In this document: positions 11,069 through 23,065 of the stretch, piece by piece | Position numbering within the stretch: the stretch's first letter is position 1 | How the letters are laid out: every line of letters begins with the position of its first letter | Assembly (NCBI RefSeq): GCF_009914755.1 | Contig: NC_060935.1 | Direction: 5' to 3' (one strand) | Length of the DNA: 64,000 bases | Source of the DNA: the human T2T-CHM13v2.0 reference genome, Homo sapiens | Position numbers and translations under genes: made by a program | Notes under the pieces: model-generated | Told to the model about the DNA's origin: nothing | What the model saw: the letters and a program-made list of their open reading frames with translations, nothing else | Databases searched by the model: none

Positions 11069-13599
11069 AAGACCCACATTATTAACCCTCATCGTACAGA
11101 AGTAGTGATAGGCTCAGAGAGGCAAAGCCACTTTCCCAGAGCCACACAGCAAAGTGTAAGGCCTTGCCTGGGCAGCTCTTGCCCCTGGCCCCCACCTTCC
11201 TAGACTCCTGTGGGCCCCAAGAGCAGGGAGGTGAACAGGAAGGGGGGCCTGGGCAAGGTTGTGGGGGTGAGTGGGGCCTGGGCTGGCTGGGTGTCCAGCC
11301 TGCTGCCCTGTGACTGCAGCGTCTGGCCCTGCCTCTCAGGTGCCGAGTCTCATACCTCTCTGGCTCAACCTCACGCCTCTGAAATGAGCTTTTGGGGGCT
11401 GTATGGGAGGATCCCCTTTTTACAGATGGGAGGCTGAGGCTCAGCCATGGACTTCACAGGCAGGGGATTCCTTTGCCCTGTCATGCTTTTGGGGGCCTTG
11501 TACCCCAGGGACTGGCTGCACTGCCAGGGTGGAGATGCCCCTGAGAAGGCAGGCAGGAGGGCTGGAGACAGAGGGCCTTGGGGAGGCAGAGGTGTGAGCT
11601 GGGGTTTGAGGGAGGGGTGTGTCTCCCCTCCAGCCCAGGAAGGACCAGGGGTCTGGGCTCCAGGGACCACTCCCGCCTGGACGGGCTGGGCACAGCCTGG
11701 AGGGCATTGGCAGCCAAGCCTCGGTGCAGCCCATGCTGGTTTCCCTCTCTGGAGGAGGGCTACAGAAATACCAGATGCCAAGGCAGAAAGGGGCAAGGCT
11801 CCCGGGGAAATGGGGGAAACTGAGTCTCTGAGAGGGTACCAACTGCGTCAAGGGCAGACATCTGACTTGCTGCCCCAGGCTTCTAACCCTGCAGAGGGAA
11901 GGTTTAGCCACAAAGACCGGATAAGTGACCTACCCAAGGGTCTTGCGCTCTCTTCTCTCCCAGCCCACTCCTCATTCTCCACCTCTGGCTTCTATTCAAC
12001 TAGGCCAAGACCTGAGCGATATCCCATTGCCGGAACCATCTTTGCTTCTGCTCACACCCTCCTGGTCGGCCATTCAATCAACAAACTCTAGCCAGCCCCG
12101 GCTCTGTGCTAGGCTTGAGCTCAGCCCAGCAGGGTGCAGAGCCCATCCTCACCAGGCCCCACCCTCTCGGTGCCAAGGCGGGTGGGTGCCCGGGGGAGAA
12201 GATGGATGGACGACAGTTCTGTGATGAGATCTGAAATTCATTACGGGGTGAGATCAGCTCCTTAAATGGGGATTTGAAAACATTAGGGCTTCATTATGTA
12301 CACAACGGCAGTGCCTCATTCATCATGCAAAAATCACTCCCGTTATTAAAAATCCCTGTGGCAGCTGCATGCCGGGGCTTGGTGGCATCGTGCCTGCTGG
12401 GGACAGAGCAGGAGCTCCACAGCCCTGCCTGGTCAAAGTTGTGGCCACGGGACAGGGGCCCCAAGTCCCAGCCTCCCTCTTACACAGGGGCCAGCTGCGG
12501 GGTGGGGCGGGAAGTGAGGTTCAGCTCCAGGGACTTAGTGCCTCAGTTTCTCCACCTGCAAAATGGAGACGCTAATGATGCCTCCCATAGGGCGGGGTGA
12601 GGGTGTATGAGATTCTTCAGGGAGAGGTTCAAAGGGTGCTGGTGGCCATGTCGTAAGTACTGAGAATGCCTGGCTGCCGTTGGCACCATCATCAACTGGG
12701 GTCAGGCAGGGGTGGCAGGAAGGCCTGGGGGCCTTTCCTTGGGGAAGGGCACGCATCCCCTGTCATAAAACCTCCCATGGCTCCCAAGAGTACATGGAAT
12801 AAAATCCTCAACTCCAACAAAGCTTTCCTGGACTCTCTGGGGCTCCCTGCAGCCTCCCTCTCAGACGAATTCACTGCCTCCCGCGCCCCTCCTACTGGTT
12901 CCAAACTCTACCATTCAAAAAATGCGTACGAGGGCTGGGGGGCGACGTGCCACGTGCCAGCCCTATGCAAGGGCCAGGAGTCCTGTGGCCGCAGCAGTTC
13001 TAGGGACGGGACACGCGGCTCTAAGTTGTGGGCGTGGTGAAAAAGGAGAAGGGGAAAATGGAGCTGGCCCCGAGGAAGGAGGGAGGGATGGGCGCCGTTC
13101 AGAGGATGAGGTGGCCCCTCCGAGGAGGTGGCATTGGAGCAGAGCCCTGAGTAATGAGAAAGAACTGGCTTTGGAAGGAGATGGGGAGGAGAGTCCGGGA
13201 TGAGAGTCCGGGCGGAGAGCTCAGGAAGGGCAGAGCCCTGTGGCAGGAACAGGCCGGCGGGTGAGGCTGGGAGGGAGCGCTGCCTCTACAGGACCTCCCG
13301 GGAGGTGCGAGGAGTCGAGCAATTGGGAATTGATTCGAGCGCGGTGGGAAGTTTCCATCAGTGAAGGGACGTGTTCTGGTTCGGCCTCTGGACCCTCTTC
13401 TGTTCCCTCTTCTGGACACGCCCTTCCCTTCTATGCTGAAGCACAGCCCCCTCCCCCCTCGCCCTTTGCCAGACAGCCCCACGCCAGAGGGTCCCGGCAC
13501 GCCCACCCTGCACACACAACACCCACCAGACTGGCACAGGGACAGGTGCGGGGACTGCCCAGCCCTTCCGGCTGCCTGCTGCTTCTGAGCTCAGCCCTG

Positions 13600-13900
13600 C
13601 TGGGGAGGGGAGGGCCGCACACAGCCCCGCCTCCAGAGGGCCGAGGCTGGCCACAGGCCACGGAGGTCACGTTTATCTGCTCGCAGAGCAAGGCCACGGC
13701 TAATCGGAGCGGCCGGAGCTGAGCCTTTTCCTAGCGGCCGCGGGAAGCAATCACGGATTAGCAGCGGCCGGGCGATGGGAGATAGCGCCAGAGCAGGGGG
13801 CGGAGCGCTTGTGAGCCGGGCAGGAGTCGAGCGCAGAATACTTAGAGGCCTGGGCGAATCCTCCCGGGCCTGCGGGTCTACGAACAGAGAACCAGCCAGA
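13600..13900. promoter_or_regulatory. Small CpG-rich promoter/enhancer-like element
   Basis: CpG cluster (GCGGCCG x3), GGATTA/TAATC homeobox sites, GC box GGGGGCGG. Confidence 0.5.
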
Positions 13901-15711
13901 GCCAGAGAGAAAGAACGACAGGAGAAGGGAGAGGGAGCCAGGGAGAGGCAAAGCGTGGAGGGAGAAATGGAGAAAACGAGGGAGAGAGGGAGGTGGCAAG
14001 AGAAAGAGGTGAGGGAGAGAGGCAGGGTTGTGGGGGAGAGCGCTCGGCTGGCCCCCAGGGTCCCAGCATGTGTGTGAGGAGGGACCGGCCCTGGGTGGCG
14101 GCTTCTGAGCAGGTGAGGGAGTCTGCGGTGGGGCCTGGGGAGAGGCGGGAGGTCCCACGCACACATAGGCGCCCAGGGTTAGGGTGCGGGCGCGGGACAG
14201 GGAGTGTTGTCCACCTGGCAGACCTTCACTAAATGCAGCAGTGGAGGGGGTGTCGGAGGGGCTGCCCTGACATGGGAAGGTGAAACTAGGCGGGAGGGTT
14301 GCGACAGGAGGGCAGAGGAGCGCTCGGGCCCGGGAGCAGCATGTGCAAAGGCCCGGTGCTAGGGGAAGACAGTGAGGGAAGCCCAGCCACCCTAGCTTCT
14401 CTTGGGCGGTGTAGGAGACACACACACGGGCTTGCCCTGCCAGCACAGGGTGCAGAGGTGCTCAGGGCCGACGGCATGGGGGCAGGGGCAGCTGCACCCA
14501 CACAGGCAGGCTCGGCTCCTGCAGTTTGAGCGGGGTCGCTAACCTCAGGAAGGCCCCGGACAGAATGTGGGGAGGTTGGGGATGGGGTTCCATCCTCTCC
14601 TGCCCGCCTGCCAGGGACCTGCCTGACTCCCTCCCACCCATGCCAGGAGCTGACCCTTTGGGGCGCTGGCCAGGCCGGAGTAGAGATGGCGGCCACGCAG
14701 CCAGAGGAAGGCGGCCCTGAATTAATCTGTCACTAAAGCTTGGCCGTGGCAGGCGCAGTCATGATTTAGATGAATAATTGAAACGCTCGGATACATTTAT
14801 TATCCCTTTAGTGCAAAAGTGGCAGAGAAAGACGAGGGGTAATTGAAAAAGAGCGCACAAATCTCCCCGAGAAAGCCGGCTCCTTATCTCCGAGTAAACA
14901 TTTCAGTCCTAATAAACAGGAGAGACACGGGCGTCAGGGCTCTGTCGATTCCCATCCTGATTTAGGACCTGCCTCCCTTCTTACCATACAATAGGAGAGT
15001 GTTTTAAAAAATGTTTTTATTGAGCCAGTAAAAGCTTTCCAGGAGGGAGGTGGGAGAGAGGAGGGGGCCTGGCAGACACCAGGCCAAAGGGTCTGTCGGG
15101 AAGGCTGGCAGCTGCCCCAAGCCCATCAAGCCTTCCTGAAGCAGACACAGGCCTTCCCCCTGGGGGGCCCGTCCATCCTGCTCTACCTGCAGAACTCCTA
15201 TTTAGCCTTCGGGACCCAAGTCAAATGCTCCCTCTGCTGGGAAGCCTCCTACCAAACTGGGTCTCCCTGAAGGCAGAGCCAAGCCCTGAGTCCCAGCATT
15301 TGGCATAGCTCCCTCAACTCAGAGAGAGCTCCAGGGAAGAATGGGTAGTAAGGGAGTAGGGGGACTTCCCCAGGACTCACTGCATTGCCAGCACCATCTA
15401 GTTCGGCCCCAGGGTGTGGTGGGTGGGGGTCCAGGCCCAGAGTGAGGCAGGCACAGGAGTCCTGTGCCCTCCAGGTTAAGTCCCTTTAGCCCCAGCAGCC
15501 CCTGGGGGCTCTCACTGCATTGGGGGTGCCCGGGAGACTCCCTTCTCTGCTCCCCTGAGACTGCAGCCCTCTTCTGCTCTAAATCACCGCACATTTGCCG
15601 TAAAAACAGTGGGCTCGGGCCCCAAAGCCCTGCAGGCCAGTCCCAGCCCCATCTTCTGAGCCCCAGTTGCGCCGGCCCCTCCTGGCAGGAACTCCACGCC
15701 ACTACCCACAC

Positions 15712-17176
15712 CAGGGTGTTGGCCGGGGTGTTGGCTGGGATGTTGGTTGGGTTGTTGCCTGGGGTATTGGTTGGGGTGTTGGTTGGGGTGTTGGCTGGGT
15801 TGTTGGTTGGGGTGTTGGCTGGGGTGTTGGCTGGGGTGTTGCCCAGGGTGTTGGTTGGGGTGTTGGTTGGGGGGTTGGCTGGGGTGTTGGTTGGGGGGTT
15901 GGCTGGGGTGTTGGTTGGGGGGTTGGTTGGGGTGTTGGTTGAAGTGTTGCCTGGGGTGTTGGTTGGTGTGTTGGCTGGGGTGTTGGTTGGCATATTGGTT
16001 GGGGTGTTGCCCAGAGTGTTAGCTGGGGTGTTGGTTGGGGTGCTGGCTGGCATGTTGGTTGGGGTGTTGGCTGGCATGTTGGGGTGTTGGTTGGAGTGTT
16101 GGCTGGTATGTTGGTTGGGGTGTTGGTTGGGGTGTTGGTTGGAGTGTTGGTTGGAGTGTTGGCTGGGATGTTGGCTGGGGTGTTGACCGGGGTGTTGGCT
16201 GGAGTGTTGGTTGAGATGTTGGCTGACATGTTGGGGTGTTGGTTGGGGTGCTGGCTGGCATGTTGGTTGGGGTGTTGGCTGGGGTGTTGGTTGGGGTGTT
16301 GGTTGGTGTGTTGGTTGGGGCGTTGGCTGGCATGTTGGTTGGCATGTGTTGGTTGGGATGTTGGCTGGCATGTTGATTGGGGTGTTGGCTGCCATGTTGC
16401 TTGAGGTGTTGGCTGGGGTGTTGGTTGGAGTGTTGTTTGGGGTGTTAGTTGGGGTGCTGGCTGGTGTGTTGGTTGGGGTGTTGGCTGGCGTGTTGGCTGG
16501 CATGTTGGTTGGGGTGTTGGTTGGCATGTTGGTTGGGGTGTTGGCTGGCATATTGGTTGGCACGAGTTGGTTGGGGTGTTTGGGATGTTGGCTGGCATGT
16601 TGGTTGGGGTATTGGTTGGGGTGTTGGCTTGCATGTTGGCTGGAGTGTTGGTTGGGGTGTTTGCTGGTGTATTGTTTGGGGTGTTGGCTGGCATGTTGGT
16701 TGGGGTGTTGGCCAGGGTGTTGGCTGGCATGTTGGTTGGGGTGTTGGCTGGCATGTTGGTTGGCATGTGTTGGTTGGGGTGTTGGTTGGGATGTTGGCTG
16801 GTGTGTTGGTTGAGGTGTTGGTTGGGATGTTGGCTGGCGTGTTGGCTGGCATGTTGGTTGGGGTGTTGAAGTGTTGGCTGGGGTGTTGGTTGGCATGTTG
16901 GTTGGGGTGTTGGCTGGCATATTGGTTGGCACGAGTTGGTTGGGGTGTTAGGATGCTGGTTGGCATGTTGGTTGGGGTATTTGTTGGGGTGTTGGCTGGC
17001 GTGTTGGCTGGGGTGTTGGTTGGGGTGTTGGTTGGGGTGTTTGCTGGTGTATTGTTTGGGGTGTTGGCTGGCATGCTGGTTGGGGTGTTGGCTGGCATGT
17101 TGTTGGGGTGTTGGCTGGCATGTTGGTTGGGCTGTTGGCTAGGATGCTGATTGGGGTGTTGGCCAGGGTGTTGCCT
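15712..17176. repeat. About 1.46-kb degenerate minisatellite/VNTR, about 12-bp unit (GGGGTGTTGGTT / GGCTGGCATGTT)
   Basis: Roughly 120 tandem units built from TTGG/CTGG/GGTG/CATG tetramers; + strand almost devoid of A. Confidence 0.95.
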
Positions 17177-18180
17177 GCTGCCCCTCTCCATTGAGGGACT
17201 GGCAGACTGGCAGTCCCCAGGGTGAGGGGATGGGATGTGGGTGCCAGACTGAGAGCTGTGTCCCTGGCTCCCAGGGCACACAGAGGGTGCCACTCACTGC
17301 ACCACAGATGTTAATTATTTACTTCAAAGCAGGAAGCTCTTCTAGGAGCTCAGAATCTCCCATAACCCTGCCCTCGGGGGAGTCCATTCCGGTGGGGAGG
17401 CAGGCAATGAAGAACAAACACAAAACGCAAGCAGGGAATCAGGGCTGCGGGACGAAGACATGGAGCAGGGCAGTGCATCAGGGTTCTGGGCAGAGTGGCC
17501 AGGGCAGGCAGGATGGCCCTTGTGCGTGTTCGAACAATGGGTGGCTGGTCATGGGAGGGGCGCGGGTAGAGGCCTGAACTCCTGTAGGAGGGATGTCCAG
17601 GGACCCCACGGGAAGATGGGTGTGTCTGGGCAGAGTCAGATGGGGTCTAACTTGGGCAGGTAGGCGATTAGGACTGGATGAACTCAAAGGATGGTGGGAG
17701 GAGCAGGGGTATAGGGGAGGGCAGAGCACCTCCGGGGACCAGGCTGGGCTCCATTCCAGCCCCAGCATCGTCCCTACCACAGCCCCCTCCCCACCACCTC
17801 CACTGTGTTCCAATCACATTAGCAGAGTGACAGTCCCAGCAAGTGCTGGCGGCGGCTCCATAAATCTCAGCCCATGTTAAAAGGTTGGACTCCGGGCCCA
17901 CTTCCTCCAGGGGCACCCGCCCCGTCCATCTCTCCATCAGTCAGGTTGTGTGAGAGGCCTGTGCCAGCCGCTCCGCACCCCTAAATGCTGGAAGGAGAAC
18001 CAGAGAGACCTCTGCCATGCCTCTGAGTGGCCAGGGCAGGGCCCCTCCACTTCCTAGAGTGAGGTCACAGGCCATCTGTGAGCCACTCCTGGATTTGCCA
18101 AAACATCTTTGGTTTCCACCAGCTGCCCTTGGGTAAGTCCGTTGCTTAATGTGTAGGGTCATCTCCACCTTTACCTGTAG

Positions 18181-18912
<732 letters not shown>

Positions 18913-18914
18913 CA

Positions 18915-19500
18915 AACATTTACTGAGCACTTATTATAAGTGCCAGCCCCAGATACAGTCTTTCATTTTCAGGGGGTAGAAGACAAGGAACACAATATGT
19001 AAGTAAATTATACAGCACATTAGAAGGAGACAGGTGCTCAGAAAAGTTAAAACCACAGCAGGGTGGGGGCCGGGGGAGTGCCAGCATGGGGCAGGGGAGG
19101 CAGCTGCAATTTCAGCTAGGGGCCAGGGTGGACCCCCCTGAGAGATGGTATTCAAGTCAAGGCCTGTCGGAGTGAACGGAGCAGCCGCGTGGACAACTGG
19201 AGCAAGGGCATTGCAGGCAGAAGGAACTGCCAGGGCAAAGGCCCGGAGGCAGGAGTGGGCGGGGCCTGTCCAGGGAGGCCAGGGTGGCCGGAGCAAAGTG
19301 GAGAGGGTGGCAGTGCGGAGGTGACTGTGAGAGGTGACTGGGGACCTAACGGGCCATGCTAAGGAACTTGGCCTAGGCCCTGAGTGAGACAAGAACCCTG
19401 GCAGGGTGGTGGGCAGAAGAGACTCGATGAGCTGATGTGGGACAGAAAGGCCCACCCCCTTTGTGATCCTTTATCTTCCTGAACTGAATGGCTAAAGATC
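18915..19500. mobile_element. L2 LINE fragment
   Basis: AAACATTTACTGAGCACTT and GGAACTGCCAGGGCAAAGGCCCGGAGG, typical L2 3' region. Confidence 0.6.
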
Positions 19501-21046
19501 TCGCTCCTCACAGGCTGTCTGGGATCCTGGGCCATCTCCCATCTCCCCACCTCTTGGCTGGGCTCCAGTCATTCCTGTGTCAGAGCCTCCCTCTCCTCCA
19601 CTTCCAGGCCTTTGCCTGCGCTGTTCCCTCTGCCCGGGACACCCTTCCCAGCACTCTTCGCTGGGCTCATGCCTACGCATCCCTCAGATTGCAGAGGAGG
19701 CACCACCTCCTTCTAGAAGCCTTCCTGATGCCCAAGCAGGGACAGGCACTCCTCATCAAGCTCCTATGGTGCCACTCCCACCCCCACCCCCACACCACAG
19801 ATCACCCTGTGTCTTGGTGGTGCTCTCATCTGCACTGGGAGCTCAGGGGACAGGGACCAGGCCCATCTGTGCCCGGCAGTACCTGTCCTGGCACCCAGCT
19901 CGGGGCCCGGCACACAGGGGTGATCAATGAACGGAGGAAGGGCAGGGTGCTGTGGGTGGGACATGCAGGTGTCAGGTCTGCAAAGTGTCCTCCAAAAGGA
20001 CAGGCTTCGGAAGAGGGTCCTAGGTGGTCTGTTTTCAGGACCACAGTCCCCGGCAAAGCCCCTCATTCTGTGAGGCCTCTGGGGAGCTGTGACCTCCATG
20101 GGGACAGCTAGAGGAGAATGGGGAGGAGGGAAAACATCTCAGCCACAAACAGACCCCCATTCTGCATCCTGGCTGGTCACCGACAGCTCTTAATGCTGCT
20201 CTTATTTATTCCTGACCTTTATGCCCCTTTTATTTTTCCCCCTTTTAAAACCTGGCCTGGGCCCCGCCACCGCTGCCGTAAACACGGCCCCCGGGATTTA
20301 TCCGACGGCACATTAACCCCTGGCCCCTAGCTCACCAATCATCCTGCTGCCTGTGCAGACAGCGGGCAGCCTGGCCAGCTGGGGGGCTGCAGGACTGGGC
20401 TGAGGGGCTGGTGTGGTCTGCCCTAGGTGGGCTGGCCATGGAGGCAGGTGCTGGGGGTACAGGGACACGCCCGCTTGGTATCTGTGACCTGGCCTGTTTC
20501 CCTTGCGGCCAGGCCCACCCTGACCTCTGACCTCCTGCCTGCCTGGCCCTGCCAGAACCCCTGCTCCGTGGTGGTCGTTAACAATGGCAGACACAGAGAC
20601 ATCCCAGGGCTGAGAGCTGGCAGCTCTCTCCCTGACTTTGCGAGACCTGTCCTGGCTGCGGAGCCCGAGGTCCAAGGGCAGGGTAGAGATGATAATTTTG
20701 CCCTCACAGGTGGGGAAACTGAGGCCAAAAGGGACAGAGCTGCCCAAGGTCACAGGGAGATCAAGGTCAGGGCTGGGTTTTTTCCACCACACTTGTGGCC
20801 CCTGCCCAGTTACAGAGCAGGAGGCCTGCATTCAGAGGGGTGGGGAGCTGGCCCAGGTTGCCTGGTGGTGAGGGTGCCAGGCCTGCCATCCAGGTCTCCA
20901 GCTCTGGGGAAGGGAGGCACCCTGTGAGGACAGTGGGGAAGGTGGATTGCAGTGAGATGGGCACCGAGGGCGAGGGGCAGGGGAGGAGCAGACCCAGCAG
21001 GGGAGATGCCACACCCCACCCCCACCAAGACAGAAGGTCCACTCAC

Positions 21047-21076
21047 CGCCACCGCCTCCGAGCAGGGAGCTGTTGG
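21047..21076 (-). CDS. MACROD1: MACROD1 exon 4 (30-nt microexon), A173-G182 incl. N174 and glycine loop
   Basis: tctctctcttgcag|CC AAC AGC TCC CTG CTC GGA GGC GGT GGC G|gtgagt = (A)NSSLLGGGG; joins exon 5 to give GGGGVDGCIH. Confidence 0.95.
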
Positions 21077-22586
21077 CTGCAAGAGAGAGAGACAAAGGCA
21101 GATCAGTGGGGAAGGGGCTGCGGCGGGAGTATCAGCCTTGAGGGGAGGGTGATGTCAAGATGGGAGTGGGCTGCCAGCTAGGTCTTCAGACTTGGGCACA
21201 GGGTCTTCCCAGTCCTCCGGGGCGGTAGTAGACGATGGTGAAGAGGGAGGAGGTTCTTCATGGTCCTGGGGTTTGTAGGGTGGTAGGGCTGGGGACACAG
21301 GAGAGCTATCAGGGCCTGCCTGCTCACCCGGACGCAGACGCATGGGGGGGTCCAGAGAGGCAGATGGCCCCCGCCACGGCCCTTTCATTCCTTCACTGTT
21401 TCACCCACAGTATCTCCTGAGGCTGGTCGGCGCCAGGCCTGGTGCAGAGATGTGGGGAGGAAAGGACAGGTCCCCTTCCCCAGGGCTCACAGCTTCCGGC
21501 AGGGCATAGCCTTGAAGCCACTAGGAAGCAAACTGCACCTTTGCAACCGGGCTAAGCGCTGCCCAGGGCCAGAGCTGGAGGACTGAGAACGCGGAGCAGT
21601 GCTGAGGGGGCGCAGAAGGGGGCAGGGGCGGGGGCGTCCAACTGCGAGAGGGACAAGGCGAGCCGGGTAAGGGGCCTGGAGCGCTGCCACTGGAGCCAAA
21701 ACCAGATCAACAGCGGGGTGACTGGGGCCATGTGGCTTCGTGCCTCATTTTCCCCATGTGGGAGAATAGCCCCACCTCACCAGCTGGTGTGAAGGTCAAT
21801 GGAGAGGGGTCCTCAACTCTGAGCCCCGCTGCAGGAAGACCTGGGTCCCCGCCCCCTCCTTGGACTAGGGGTAGTGCTGCCAGGCAGAGCTGGACTGACG
21901 GCTTTGTGGCTGCCACCTTCCTGCGCACAGCCCTGTCTGTCTCAAGTCTGTCCGATCGGCTGCCCCTCGCCACCATGCAGCTGACACGGGGGCAAAGTGA
22001 GGCTGGCAGCCCCTCTCTGTAGGAATGCCAGAGCTGTGCATGCCAGCACTGCCCCCAGCCTGGGCTCCAGCCCCGATCCGCAGCCTGCGTCCGTGGTAAC
22101 TGCCAGAGCTCATCAGGGAAAGCAGCGGGTGAGGCCAGGCAGGTGCCGCCCAGGCCCAGATGCTGCCCAGGTGGGAGGCCAGCTGCGCCCGCCCCTCTGC
22201 CGAGGAGTCCTGGCTCCCAGACAGGGCCTTCAGCTCTGCACACAGCTTTGCTACCCACCCCATCTGCCCAGACCATTGCAGCCCTTTCTGTAGAAAGGAT
22301 GAGGGGACACAGAGCTGAGCTGGGTGGCCAGGCTGCAGGCCCAAGATGCCGTGAGGACGGCATGGACGCTGCTAAGTGGTGTCGGGCGGCTCCGAGTGGC
22401 TGGTCTCCCAGAGTTGACAGCTCTTCGCTTGGGGAATAATTAATTCCACCGCCCAAAAACCCAGGGCTGCAAGTTGCCATGTTACTTGCGAGATTAATAC
22501 AAGCAGCTAATTAAGATGGAGAGGCGAGGAGCGGCTGGGCGCTCCCAAAGCAGGGGTGGGGGCCGCGGGAAGTGAGGGGGAGGTGA

Positions 22587-23065
<479 letters not shown>

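Noticed and set aside
12221-12235. + strand GTGATGA...CTGA box pair
   Set aside because: The boxes are only 3 nt apart and no D box follows at snoRNA distance; only the minus-strand arrangement was retained.
15712-17176. Possible CRISPR-like array or telomeric repeat
   Set aside because: No unique spacers between repeats, no TTAGGG units, and the context is eukaryotic intron.
15319-17293. Long ORFs (537, 354, 282, 240 aa) with PTNTPAN/QPTP/VGVL/WLGC repeats resembling mucin or parasite antigens
   Set aside because: They are translations of the 12-bp VNTR. They are open on both strands in several frames, drift between frames at indels, and have no splice or promoter context.
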